The notes beneath the pieces were generated by a model. That model saw only the letters and a program-made list of their open reading frames with translations, ran no database searches and had not been told where the DNA came from. Position numbers and translations under genes: made by a program. 64,000 nt of DNA from Intoshia linei (Eukaryota; Animalia; Orthonectida): NCBI GenBank assembly GCA_001642005.1, contig LWCA01000043.1, positions 1 through 64,000 on the forward strand, given 5' to 3'. Below are positions 12,645 through 26,359 of this stretch, piece by piece. How positions within the stretch are numbered: the first letter of the stretch is position 1; the number at the start of each line of letters is the position of its first letter.

Positions 12645-15600
12645 TTACACTCTTTTGTACAAAAACATGTAGCCCATATTAATATCTTCAGTAGAATTTG
12701 AAACAACTGATTCATCGTTAAATAATGACCATTCGTTTTTATCACTATTGGGATCGTTTTTAATGTAAGCTACATAATGACCAGAATTGGTAGAATTACC
12801 CATATGACGAATACACCCAATTAGTTTGTAATCTAAAATGACAGATTCATGTCAATATTTTAACCAAAAACCTCCTTTTCCATTAAGATATTTTTCGTCT
12901 TGATCTTCTTCGTCTTCACTACTACTACTACTGCTGTTCATGTCCAAAATGTGTCCTATAGCCATTTCCACATTATTACCCTGTGTAAAAAATAATTAGT
13001 AATATTATTAAATATAATTAGTGTTTCTTAATTTTTTTACTTTAGGGCGCACCATTGAAATACATGAAAGTTTGGCCCACCTTTAAATTTTGATAAAAAA
13101 AGACATTTTGAACAATAGTATATTGGTTTTTAACGGGAAATTTGGTTATTTTCTTTGCGGTACACCTGAAAACTACTCATGGCTTACCAGTGCGCCGCTG
13201 CGCATTTAAGAATTACTAGTAAACTAATATTACGCATTTTTTAAGAGCTTTAATAGATTTTTTCTTGTTCATTTGCATGGCAAGCAACTGTTCCAAAGCA
13301 AACGAATCTACCTTGTCGTTTACTAAATTTTTTTAACTCAAAAATTATACAAATTCAAACATTGACAGCTCAATTCCATCAGCGATACCACGTCTTTACA
13401 GGTAGAATTTTTCAAAATTGTATCTATTGCTATGTTTTTAACTACACCCAATTGAATAAGTTGGCTGACTAAAAGTTGGTTCTCTTCTGAAAAATTATCA
13501 AATTTGTTTTGATATGTTTCTAATAAAATATATTTATAATTGTCAATATTGTATTACATCGTTAATTTAAAGTTTAAGAAGTCATTTTTACGGACTTTAG
13601 GTAATTTAATAAAATGACTGTAGAGTATACAGGTGTGTGAAAAGGTTAGGGTCATGTAACGGGTTTAATATTTTAAATTAATACGTTATTTCAAAAAAAC
13701 TTGGTATGGTGGGCGAAATTTAGTTCATCCAGAAAAGTAATGCTGCAATCCCCGCTAGACGTTAATAAAAAATAATTTTAAATTTTAGGAAAAAAATTCC
13801 TCAAATTTTTATTAAAATTCAGTAAAACACCTCTAATACACTTTTCATATTTGGTTTAAAAAATTACCATTCAAACTTTTTTTGAAATTTTCTCAAAAAT
13901 CGTTTTTATCATTTTTACCCTTTTTTAAATTTATATTAAAAAATTCCTCTAAACCCTTTTTTAAATTTAATAGAAAAGAATAATTAGAAGAAATTTTTTC
14001 TCAATTTTTTTTTACCTTCTTCAGATTCTACAGTAGGCTTATCGGCTCTAATCCAATCCAAATTAATTTCGTTCGGTGCATCAACTTTGGCCTCTAAATT
14101 TATAAAAAAGCTGAATTATTAAAATAACTTAGTTTGGAAACATTGTAGTTTTTATCAAAGTTAAATTTGCTGATTGAAATCATCAAATATGGCGGGAAAG
14201 AAGAGATACCAAATGATCTAAAATGGTGTACTGATTTAAAATACAATTCACTAATTACATGAAAGATTCCGTTTTATCTAAAGTATTGTCAATTATTTTA
14301 CATTTCGTGGTATATCTGCTCAAAATTTTCTTCAAAGAAATGACAGTAAACTCGTCTTTTCTGAAGGTTAGGAATACATTTATATTAATTAATCGCATTT
14401 TACTTGGTTAATTTATCATGTTTTAAATTGGAATCACAATCTACCATAATTTCAGGTGTAAGTTGAAGTAATAGAATGTACTCGCTATAACTTTTAACAC
14501 GAATTTTACGGTTTTTAGATTGAATTTTTTCAACTTTTTCAAATCGAAACAAATCAGCAATTGAATTTCCTTTAAAATTGGGAGGTTGATTTGATTTTTT
14601 CTAAATAACTATAAAGTATCATAATTGTAAATACAAACTGATAGTTTTGACAACAAAAAATCAAAAAATTCGGCAGCGTCTTGTTGTTGTTTAGATTTGT
14701 ATAAGTTGTTTTCTTTTCCGATCAGAGTCCTCATAAGAGTTGGGCGAATTGAAGTGGGTCTCTAATTATCGATGAATATACATAATATAAATCTACCACA
14801 ATTTTATTTTCAGTTTCTTTGGATAAATTGCAATAATTTACTTCATGTGCCAATTTAGATCTAAACGTCAGATTCAATATTACTGATTGTTTAGGATATA
14901 TTGTGACGGTTGTAGTATATTTTTCGTATTAGTACAATTTTTGCATACAAATTTAATTTTTAAAAAAATCTTATTCATAAAAACAATTAAGTCATCATTT
15001 TATTTATATTACTATTTACAACAATAATTTTTACACAACTAGCAAAATAAAAATTAATTACATTTGTAACAAAAAATTATTAGGTGCATTTAAAATACAT
15101 TGTTGGTTTTTCATTACAGAAGCCAAAATTTGATCATATTTGTCAACGTACCTAAAAATATTTAAAAATTATTGATATTAAATTACATTTCTCGAAATTC
15201 TTCAAGGTGGAATAATAATTGAAGTATTGAATTAATATAACAACTATTTCCTAAATTATCCAGTCCTACAAAACTAGGACCATTCAATTTTTGACAGTTT
15301 TCATCTTTAGCCAACAAAAAATCCGAAACGTTATTGTTTAATTCTATTTCCAATTCATTCATCGTCTTTTCTGTCTAATATTATTAATTTAAACTACGGT
15401 TAGTGAAATTTATAAACTTTAAGGGTTTTGGATCATTCCAACTAATGAAGGTCAATTTATCAATTATTTTGGGAAATATAATGAAAATTTACCAATCGAA
15501 AATGTTTTGACTCTAATCTACCGTAAACCTTGATTAATTTGTAAGATTACACAAATGAAGTCCATTTTCTAGAACGACATTTATTTGAGCGATGTATCTT

Positions 15601-18600
15601 AGACTCTAAGTTTAGAGCTCTAAAACTTAGAGCGATATAATCATTCATCTTACTAATTTATGATATTATTCATTTTTTCACTCAATTTTTAAAGATTTTG
15701 AAGATAATTTTAAGTCAAAAATGAAGTAAGGTTTTTAAGGCATTTTTTTTCACCTTATTACATAAATTATCTTCAAAATATTTTAAAATGTCTCCCTTAA
15801 GCTAGTGTGGCCATGAATACGTAGAAATAACTATGTTTTATAACAAAATAAATTTTAAAAATAAATCCAAATTTTACAATTATGAGAAATTTCCTTTCTA
15901 GATAACACAAAATATGTTTTTTCTATGTATAAAATATGGCACACTATTTAATCCCTACCAAATCTTACCACCAAAATTATCTTCAAAATCTTTAAAAAAT
16001 GTGTGAAAAAAAATTTAAAAACCCTAGCAAATTTGTAACCCAAAATTGTCTAAAAATATTTAAAAAATAATAGAAAAATTGTTCCCTTACAAGCCTTACA
16101 GAATCTTTGGACCAAAATTATCTTCAAAATTGTTCCCACAAAAATTTGGTCAAACAATGAATAGTATGATTAATTAGCAACATCTATGATTATGTCGCTC
16201 TAAGGCAGTGTTTCTCAACCGATGCGCCCAGAAAAAACTAAGTGCACCCAAAGAATAATTCACAAATATAAAAACAAAACAAAGCTAAGGTTTTCTACTA
16301 TGCTGCAAATAAAAAACATGAAAATGAAACGAATTATATACATATATAAATACAGGAGGAGATACGTGTGTTTATTAACCATAGAGTCCAAGAATTGATA
16401 AAATATGTAAAAACAAACCGTCTAAAGATATCACTAATGTGTAATATGTTAATTTTTTTTAAATTATAATTAGTAATTAATAAACTACACTTCGAACCGT
16501 TTTCGTATTTCACAATACGGTAATAACTAGTCCACCTAAAATTTTTAATTTGCTTCAAGTGCCTCCCAGTGGAAAAAAGGTTGTGAAAAAAAATTAATTA
16601 AGTATAATTTAAATCGCTCAATGAATGTTCGCACACAAACAATACAAATTTAATAAATTCCAGAATAATTCTTTGCTATGGGTTTATGAAAAATTATAAT
16701 TAATTAATAAATATACCTTTTCACAAGAATCAGCATCAATTCCAAAATGTTGTAGGTGTTTGTTGAGATATGGATCTATAACTAATGCTTTATCTTCATA
16801 ACTGTAAACATCTAGAATAGTTCACTTATTGCCATTTTAATTATATTGTATAAACCCGCTGTTCCATTATGAATTGTTCCTAGTTTAACAACAATAGGAT
16901 AACCAGTTTTCGTATAATGATCCATAGCATGATTGTTTCCACCCATGCCAGTCCAGTAGCTTCTACCGCAATTTATATTTCCATCTTTCAAGTTTAACCA
17001 TAAATTAGTGGTCAAATCACACATAGAACAGCTTAATTTTGATTTTATATCAATTTTACATATTTTAGTATTTTGAATTAATTCTTTTGCAACACTAAAA
17101 TATATAATCAATTAATCATATTAGAGCCTTACACGGTACGATATTTTAAATTATTAACACGCTCTTTTTTTGATTACGATGCGCACATCATGATTCATGA
17201 CAAGTATTGTTTCCCATTTTCTATATACTAACCATTCCACATATACATCACCAGGAACAAGTACGATTTGTAGTACAGATACTGAAAAATAAGTTTCAAG
17301 TGAATTATTAAAATTACAATTAAAATTTTTTATCCACTTTTGTTTAATTAATTGATTTTTATTTGAAAATTTTTAATATTTATTATAGAGTTGACAGATG
17401 CTTGGAATTTATCTCAAAGCATATACGACCGCTACATTATTATTGCAAAAATCTCACTTTTACCCCACTATTAATAAAATTTAACAAAAAAATACAAATT
17501 CAAACCTTTTGACAAAAATTGACTTTTAGCAATATATTTTTGAAAAATCTTCAAATCCAAAAATCAAACCCCTAAAAAAATGCCCTTTTTCCAATATTTT
17601 TTTAAAAAACACGATTTAATCAAATAGTATGAGAAAAAACTTTAATTTTATCATAAATGTTTTATATTTCATGTTTCCTTTGGCGTGCAACAAAAAATAA
17701 ATATTTTGAAATGGGGGTCCGTACACTATTTGAATCGGGAACCATTGATCTAAAATTACTGTTGTAAAATTTAATTTAGTTATCACTGCGTTACCGATCC
17801 GTTAAAACATTTTCATACTTTTGCCGTAAGAGTCACAAAGTTGGTAAACGTTTAACTATACGATTTCAAGTAACTAACCATTACCATTTTATAGTATAAT
17901 CCAGTTTCATCACAAATTCCATACATCGTCTGGCTTATTTTCAGAAATTTTCTTAAGAAATACACTTAGAAAAAAATAATTTTTAGAAATGACTCAATAC
18001 TAACATAAAAAATAGAAATTTTGGCCATATAATACTTGTTATAATTTTAATTGTAATGAAGTTTCTGTTTATATTTATATATTTAATGGTATAGATCAGT
18101 TTTTATTGGGTCTAATAAAACAAGTTAAGATCAAATAATTTGTTTTATATGAAAAAATTTTAAATAAATCAATAATAAACATTATACTCAAAAAACCCTG
18201 TAATAGTGAAAAGGCATTGTATCAAATTGACTGCGCACTAAATTTCTCCAACACAATTCGAAAATATAATTAAATTTATTATTTAAAACTAGATTTAAAA
18301 GCTCGTGCTGCGAACCGTGTTACCGACAATTTTAATTGACATAATTACAATGTATTATAATAACTTAAAATATCTTATGCTCTTATTTTCAAAATATCCT
18401 GTAATTGAGTTATTTCGATTAATATGAAACACTACAAGAATTTAATTTATTTTTATTGTATTAAAACTTTTTGGGACTCTAATTTCTAAATAAATGGTAA
18501 CACAGACAGACTGTGCGTGGATTACCAAAAAAAAAAAAAATTAAAAACACGTTGAAATTTCGGAAATATGTAACTTTATAGATAAACTACCGTTCAGAAA

Positions 18601-20247
18601 TTTATATTTTCTAAAAATAAATTACAGTGAAATTTTCAACGCTTCGTCTTCCCATTTTTCAATATTGTTTTCCAACAAACATTGCGTGTAAGCCGACTTG
18701 GCATTAATCAATATATTAGCACTGTCAGTAATCTAAAAATTAACGTCATTCACTCATAATAATATATATAATATAACTCAGCCGTTTCTACATAGTTTGT
18801 AATATCGAGTACCCATCAAAAAATACTTTCTACGTACCCTCAAATAAAATTTTTTGTTAATTTGTCGTTATATTGCACAATTCACTAGTATAAATGTGCT
18901 ACATAATAATAAAATCATTTTACAGTATTTTAGACAAATACTTTATATATTTTATTTATCTAATAAATTTACAAAATATTAAAGAAAAGTAATTATTGAA
19001 ATGATGATCCCTCGTAAAAATTATCGAATTTTAAGCTTAAATTTTAATTCCACACGTAATAAAATACACAAGGCATTCCAAAACCAAAATATATTCGAGC
19101 CCTAACCTCTTTATTCAACAATTCTGCATCTGCAATTAAATCATATTCCTCTGAATCAGGATAAATGTAAATATTGTACTTTTCGACAACATCATAAATA
19201 TCAGTGAACCCTCCATCCACACCTAAAAACATAAATAATAAATATAATAAAATTAACAAACCTATAGCCAATTTAGTGGGTTCCTTATTTGTTAAATCCT
19301 AAATATTGATAATCAAAAAAGTAAATAGCAAAATTATGTAAACCAGCGGTCGCAAGTGTTGGTTCAAGTGCGACTACCGGTCGCAAAAAAAATATGAAAA
19401 ATTTAGACACTAATACGATATAAAATACATTGTAATTCAATAATAATACATGTATTTTTTGTAAGCAATTACATTCAAAGCGTTTCGCAAAAAAAAATAA
19501 TGTGAAACTGCCCGTCCGGGCTAAAAAAAACTTTGCGAATCTCTAAGCCAAACCAAAAACGCATCGAATTATCAAAACTAATCAATTAAGCATTCCGATT
19601 ATACAAATTATGTATTTAGTATATGATTCAAGATAAATTTTAATAACCTTTTTAGTTTTGACGATTTTGTATTGTAAAAATATACACTTTTGGGTCGCTT
19701 TACAATACGGTTCCATAAATTGACGGCTCATTCCAATAAAATTGTTCATACATATGTAAATTCCATTTTCATGTTCCTATTAATAATGTTATAAAATGTT
19801 TCTATATGTTAATAATATCTATTAATCTGTATTACTAACATAAAGCTAGACCCAATATGAATAATTAAATTTTACCAAGACTAAATAAAAAGTAATTCAA
19901 CCAAACCCAAAGAAGAAACTTCTCTTAATTAAACCATACAAGAAAAAAACAGTATCATTTAAATACCTATACAAACAAACCATTTGAAAGCAGTACACTG
20001 AAGAAAACCTAATAATTTATTACCAAAAGACAACAGAATAATACATTTTAACCAAAAATTAAGGAGTAAAACTCATCTAACCAACAATTAACCTAATAGT
20101 ACTAAAATATACTATAAATTGTAACAATTTAAACACAATTTATGAATTTACCGGTGAAGTGGCGCTAAATACGCATTCATCTTTAAATATCAAATCAAAT
20201 TTACTAGGTTGTTTTACTAAGTAGTCTGTTAATGATTTTTTAACCAT
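12645..20247 (-). CDS. USP5: Ubiquitin carboxyl-terminal hydrolase 5/13 (isopeptidase T); multi-exon
   Basis: N-terminus MVKKSLTDYLVKQPSKFDLIFKDECVFSATSP / EHENGIYICMNNFIG / PTKLAIGVDGGF. ZnF-UBP CSMCDLTTNLWLNL..GNINCGR...GGNNHAMDHY. Cys box GLDNLGNSCYINS, two UBA-like segments, His box HMGNSTNSGHYVAYI...WSLFND. Ends YMFLYKRV*. Confidence 0.95.
15626..16204. mobile_element. Foldback-type MITE with long TIRs and internal ~60 bp repeats
   Basis: Left end CTTAGAGCGATATAATCAT; right end ATGATTATGTCGCTCTAAG. Internal aaagattttgaaga / tcttcaaaatcttt units occur in both orientations. Related to 23880-24445 and 48520-48840. Confidence 0.75.
17780..17970 (-). mobile_element. pogo/Tigger transposase fragment in a USP5 intron
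   Basis: LKKISENKPDDVWN(frameshift)CDETGLYYKM, followed by CDSYGKSMKMF*RIGNA, matches the pogo NxDETGLxYK...CxNxxG..K...IG pattern. Confidence 0.75.
18289..18530 (-). mobile_element. Short Helitron-like element
   Basis: On the minus strand it has gtctgtctgtgttacc near the 5' end, as in other family members. It ends cacggttcgcagcacgagcttttaaatCTAG|t (GC-rich segment, then CTAG). Confidence 0.5.
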
Positions 20248-20451
20248 TCTTTCCTTAAATAGTTTTATCGATGAAATCAAATTTTAAATTTTAAACAACT
20301 TTATTTTTCATTTTACAAGTTTATTTTTAGTGTAAAGCAATATCAGGCTATGAGGCATTTAAATTTGTTGAAATCGTGGAAATATTTGAATTGTGGTTTC
20401 GGTAATAATATAATTATATTATTAATGGCTTCTTATTTTTTTAGTTCAGAA

Positions 20452-23400
20452 ATGCAGAAATTTAAATACGAAATATTTATGTGGTAATTTAAGTTGCATA
20501 TTTAATTTTTATATATAGATTTTTTGTTTTTATAATGGCGTCTACTTAAATCTAACCATTTTTACTAAAATCCAACCCTTTTTATCAAAACACAACTATT
20601 TTTACTAAAATCCACAATTTTTACTAAAATTCAACCCTTTTTACCTAAACCCAACCATTTTTACTAAAATCCAACAATTTTTATCAAAACCCATGATGCA
20701 AATTTTAAAATCATAAACATTATCATAAATTTAAATTTAAAAAAATATCTTCAGGGCCAAAATTTGCTAAATTTACAGGTGGTAGACTTGTATCATGTTA
20801 ACACACATAAAAAATTTCAATCCGAATAAGTGACGACTTCACGGTGAAAAAAGCATTTTAGTATTCATATTTTATTACAGTATAATTTTATTTTGTTGGA
20901 ATTTATGCTATTTATGACAATTTTTAGGATTGGACTGTTTTTACTTTATTTTCATATTATACACACATTCTGTCTAATAAATTAAAAAAATGCGATATTA
21001 ATTGTTTTGAAAATGCTTTACGCAAATGTTAACAAAAAAATTAAGATGGAATAATTTACTTTAAAGTAAAAAATAATGTGATATGACGGTTTCACCTGAA
21101 ACAAATTTGGGAACCACTCCTTTAAAGGATTGATAATAGTTAATAGTAGGATTTTTAAATTAGATTTTCAACGTGTATTTATTTTTTTGGTATAATAAAA
21201 GAGTGCCCTCGGCAGAGCTAGGTGCTGTTTGTACGTAGTACAGAACTGCCAAGCTAGTATAAATATATAATTACATAAACTATTCCATAGAAGATTAAAG
21301 ATATTCCACTTTAAAAAATAAAATTTTTCAAGTTTGTAACGAAAATCCAAAGAACAATTTAATTTTAAAGGATTTTTCCCATAAGAATTGTAAAAATGGA
21401 ATTTTCCTTTTAAGTTTGATAAAATTTTATTTTTCCCTTAAGAGTTTGTAAATTTTGATTTTTAGTAAAATTGGGTGAATTTAAGAATATTCTGTTTTAT
21501 AGTTGTTTAATGATTTTTAGAAGACAATTGGAAATCTTTTAACGATTCAGTGGATCATTATAATTTAGGTATATGATGTATATAATTACATTTGTAATAT
21601 GATTTTTTTTGTATTAGTATCGATCAGTGGTTCTCAACCTTTTTTAGAATCGCCAAACCAAAAATTCATACATATTTTTTTAAATGTCTCCATAATAATA
21701 ATTAATAATTATAATTCAATATAAAAAATGATATATTTTTAGTTCTATAAAATTTTCTATATTTTGTCAATTGTTTCTTAATTTTTTCAAAAATTTATCC
21801 ATAGAACCAAATCGGCACTGAATGTCAAACCCTAATGTACATTGTAAAATTTCAATTTAGATATGTTAAGTGAAAAAGTTATTGCAAAATTAAACAAAAA
21901 ACATTCAATTAATATGGCATACATTAGTTTGGTTTATTATATATTTATTAAATATTTATATGTTTATTATTAGATTTATATATAATTTTTTAAAAGTTTT
22001 AAATTTAAATAAAAAAAATTTGGCTGATTATGAGACCCTCTATAACTTTTTGGAGCAACTTGATATAATATATAATTTATAGTAAATTTTACATTTATTC
22101 TTTTGAAATCAGTTGAAATAATTTACATTGGTTCTTTAGATTTCTTCTAAATTAAAAGATAGTCACCACGACATGAGCATGTTCTTTAAAGACGTATTAC
22201 AAAAGTTATGAGACTTATTTATTTATTAAAATTAATTTAGATTTAGAAAAGTAAATGCTAGCATTTTTACCCCTGATTATTTTGACTATTCAATTTTACG
22301 TAATGTTTACGAAACCAATAATATAGATTTATTGAACGAAATTATTGATAACCCCGTATATTTAATATTTAACATTTTTATTTTAAAATTAAAAAGTTAA
22401 TATATTTACATGTATTTTAGAAAACATATGGAGTATTTTTAACCAAACATTTCGCGCTAATTTTATTACAACAATATATCGATACAAAAGATTTTTGTAG
22501 TAATGTTTAGCGTAATTAATATAAAGTACATCAAAGTTGGAAATGATGATATTTCAGCAGGGTCGTGAAAATGGAAAGGGCATTTTGTTGAGACTCTGAG
22601 TCAGATTAAACGGATAGGTCTCCCTTTATACAAATTGTTATAAAACAAGAAATTGTCCAAGAAACTATGAATATAATTATCAAATGTAAATAACCCCTCA
22701 ATCACTTTACAATAAAAAATATTAGATTCTGACGACTCAATGATGATCATTGACCGGGTCACGTTGGCCCGTATATCATGAGTCGATAATTTTATTTGTG
22801 TGGTTATTTTTTGACAATTAAATATAAAATATCTTAACTTTTACCAAATTAAAATTTAAATGTAGACGCTTTTTATGTCATAAAAAGATTGTTATTTCAA
22901 GATGATTTATTTTTAAACAAACAAATATCATCAATGTCGATGATTTGTGCAATTGAAAAATCATTCAACCTTCAAGAATCCGAAAATGAGTCTGTAGTTT
23001 TGGAATCCAAAGATGAATTAGATGATGTATTCTTTATAACACACCTTTAAAATTTAAATTTTTAGGATGATGATATTGAGGAATCGGTATTAGTTAATTA
23101 CTAGAACAATTTTATTTATATTGACTAGATTGCATATTATAGAATTGGATATATTAATAATCATTATTTTGACAATTTTTTCGATCTTGATAAAGATGAT
23201 TCTATTATTGGAAAATGTTTGTTGGAACTGACTGATAAAAAATGCAAATTTTTAATTGATGTAAACGAAAAATCGCAAGTTTACGACAATGCCTATTCAT
23301 CCTTACGTTTATTAGGACTTTCCTTGAATGAACAATTTGAACAAGCTATTAGTTTTTTACAGGAAATTGAAAATGATGCAACTTGTATAGACGTTCATTC

Positions 23401-26272
23401 GGTAATTTTTTTGATTTGCAAATTTTTCTAACCTGTACCTCAAATTTTTTTTAATTGAACCAATCAGGAAATAAAGCATGTGACATTTTCCAAGTTTTAA
23501 AAAATGAATCTTGAATTTTAAAATAATTTTTCAACGTATTTTTAACTAAAGTTTTAAGTCAATTTAATAATAATTTAATTTTTTTTTTACATTATTTAGT
23601 TAAATTGTTTCACTAAAACTATCACTGCGTTTAAATCTGTCGAAACTGACCCGACACTAGGTAAAAGTAAAGGAGAATTAGTATATGAAGACTGTTTGCC
23701 ATTTTTGCTTCATGATGAAAAGCAGTCATTGTTGGATAAATTTGAGGTAAAATATTCATAAATAATAGTAGTAGTTTCCATATTAATATTTTAATAAGTT
23801 TTATAAAAAATTATTAATTACGTTAGCCCGCATATTGGTACAATTTTATTTAGCTTCACCCCTGCAACTTAAAAAAGTAAGGCGACATTCAGTTGAGCGA
23901 TACATAATCATCGATTTTGTTAATTCATCATAATATTTATTTTTTGACAATATTTTTGAGGTTTTGTCAAGGACAAAACGTACATTTTGTAGTGTTTTTA
24001 AGTTAAGTTTTTTTCACCCAATTTTTAAAGATTTTAAGACAATTTTGGGATCAAAGTTTTTATTGAGTTTTTAAGGGAATATCATTATTTTTACACAATT
24101 TTTTAAAATTTTGAAACAAAATTTTATAGGGTATTAAAGGGAATAATATTGTTTTTTCCCAATTTTAAAAGATTTTGAAAATAATTTTGTAGGGTCTTTT
24201 AAGAAAGTTTTTTTACCCACTTTTTAAAGATTTTGAAGACAATTTTGGGACCAAATTTAATAGGGTTTTAAAGGGAATATTATTTTTTTACCCAATTTAT
24301 AATAATTTTGAAGATATTTTGGGACCAAAATTATGTATAAGATAATAAAAATATAATAAAGAAACCTACAAAATGTCGTGAAAAATCAATGATGTGATAA
24401 ATTAATAAAATCGAAGATGTATCGCTGAAATGAATATCGCTCCAGAGAATGGATGTCAAAAAGCAAATATATCAATTTTCACATGACATTTTTTAAAAAA
24501 TTTAGTAAAATTATGTTTTCAACATAATTTAAATAAACATCATATCATGGAATTTTTTATTATGATTGGGAAAAATCAATAAAATGTGTAATATTTTAAA
24601 TTGCATACATTTTTGAGTTTGTGTTTTTAAATCTTCAAATCTTTCAAAATCTCAATCTGAGATGTAGGCTGAACGATAAGGAAATGAAACTTTCAACAAT
24701 TGAAACTTTTTAAGGCGATCAATTTTGTTATAAGCAAAGGTTTACCATTTTTTTCCTTTATTGTGAATCCTTAAAAAATAATAGTAAAATAAGTTGAGTT
24801 TAAACTATTTTAATAGAATACTACAGGAATTATTGTAAATAATTTTTGTGTCGTTCTTTTGAATTTAAATTGATGTTTGCAAATGTCTGGATTCAATGTA
24901 TTAATTAAATAAACTATAGTTATAATGGTTACTACGCTACTTCTTCCCTTCAAAAACGACGAAGTCGTCAAATCGTTTGGGCAAACGGTTTTCCCTAGAG
25001 CGGTATTGTTGGCGGTAGAAATCCTTGACCTTTATGTTTATGGATGTAAGGTTTTTGGTTTTTTGATAAAATTGGCATATTTTTTCTATAATTTCTTGAG
25101 TGGTAAGATTCTTACTTTGGCACTTTTTTGTCGTAATATTTTTTCATACGTTTTCGATAATTGTTTGCATGTATCTCAGCTGAAGCATCACATTATATGC
25201 AATTTTGTTTAAATTTGGAATGGGTAAGTCGAGATTTTTAGGTAGTAGTATCATTGCTGGAGACTCATTTGTTTTTGATGTGGATAAATTTCTGATTTTC
25301 ATTAAAAACCATGGAAGTTTTTCATCCCAGTTATCACAGGATTCATTACAATTTGTACGTATAAGATCTCGCAATGTACGTTGCATGCGTTCCACCGATC
25401 CATTGGATTTATGATCATAAGGTTTTGTGTAGGTGTGCTCGGTTTTAGTTTTATCGAATAGTTGTATACTTAGAATGTATACTTACAATACTGTATGTAT
25501 GTGATATAATTGTATACTTAGTTGTATAATTTCTAAATGCTTTAATTTCATTTAATATTCAAATACATCATATTCTAAATCTTAAAAGAATGAAAATAAA
25601 CTTTTTTGTGGTCTAATCACATCCCAAGAATCTCAAAAGTTTTTATGCCCATGAACCAGGTTCACGTTCCTGTAAACATTACAAAAAATTATGTGGGTTT
25701 TTAATCTTATCTTGAAATAATAACACAAAACTGAAAAAATTTTAGAATTTTAGAAAATTTAATTTTGAAAAAATAAAATAAAATTCATTTTTTAATAAAT
25801 GACAATGGACATGTCGGAATTAAAATTTTAAAAAATCCTTAATTACACATTACATTTTATTGTGACATATAATTAAAGTTTAACCCAATTAATTTTAAAT
25901 TAGAAAATTATGAACAATTTGAAAAAAAAAAATTGCATAGATGAAAAAAACTCCAACATTTCCAATTTATTACAATATCTATACAAAAACTATGAATGCA
26001 ACTTGGATAATTTAATTGAAAGTCACTCTGATTTTATAAAGTCAGCTGAAAGCGATAGAATAATTGCTTTACACAAGAGTATTGAATATGAAAAGATGAA
26101 CCAATCCAAGGAAAAAATAATACTAGATTTGTTGAATATGAGAGACAAAGAAGAAAAATTACGTTATTTTAAAAATGTAAAAGATATAGACATGCTAGTT
26201 GCAAATCTCCCGTCATGGCGGGTTGAATATTTTGACCAAGATTATGCTAAACTGAAAGATAATAAAGATTAA
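20452..26272 (+). CDS. Hypothetical multi-exon protein; no family recognised
   Basis: A chain of GT-AG exons runs from ATG 20452, e.g. YSDDSMMIIDRVTLAHAFYVIKRLLFQDD and LNCFTKTITAFKSVETDPTLGKSKGELVYEDCLPF. The terminal exon (25904-26272) ends EYFDQDYAKLKDNKD*. The start and 5' exons are uncertain. Confidence 0.65.
20545..20693. repeat. ~21 bp tandem minisatellite
   Basis: About 7 copies of ttttta(c/t)(t/c)aaaa(t/c)ccaacc. Confidence 0.8.
20694..21257 (+). mobile_element. Helitron-like repeat, 3' part
   Basis: Matches 63480-63707 and ends tgccctcggcagagctaggtgc...gccaagCTAG|t. Confidence 0.75.
23880..24445. mobile_element. MITE with ~45 bp TIRs and internal ~60 bp tandem repeats
   Basis: Left end gcgacattcagttgagcgatacat..tcgattttgttaatt; right end aattaataaaatcgaagatgtatcgctgaaatgaatatcgc. 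Internal units tttttacccaatttt.aaagattttgaagacaattttgggacc. Confidence 0.8.
25200..25470 (-). mobile_element. Ty3/gypsy integrase C-terminal relic in an intron
   Basis: HTYTKPYDHKSNGSVERMQRTLRDLIR...WDEKLPWFLMKIRNLSTSKTNESPAMILL matches the integrase PYxxxSNGxVER...WDxxLP...SP pattern. Confidence 0.9.
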
Positions 26273-26359
26273 AAGGTGTACAATGTACATTATACAATAA
26301 ATTTCTAAACAGTTTAATTAAACTATGCTAAAATACCAACATTGGCCAACACTGACCCT

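Noticed and set aside
19044-19271. Separate small secreted protein (MAIGLLILLYLLF...)
   Set aside because: The hydrophobic stretch is a read-through intron. The flanks are USP5 exons (PTKLAIG / VDGGF).
19870-20110. Strong A/C strand skew suggesting a cryptic membrane-protein exon
   Set aside because: No consistent open frame was found. It lies in USP5 intron 1, whose flanking exons already join in frame.
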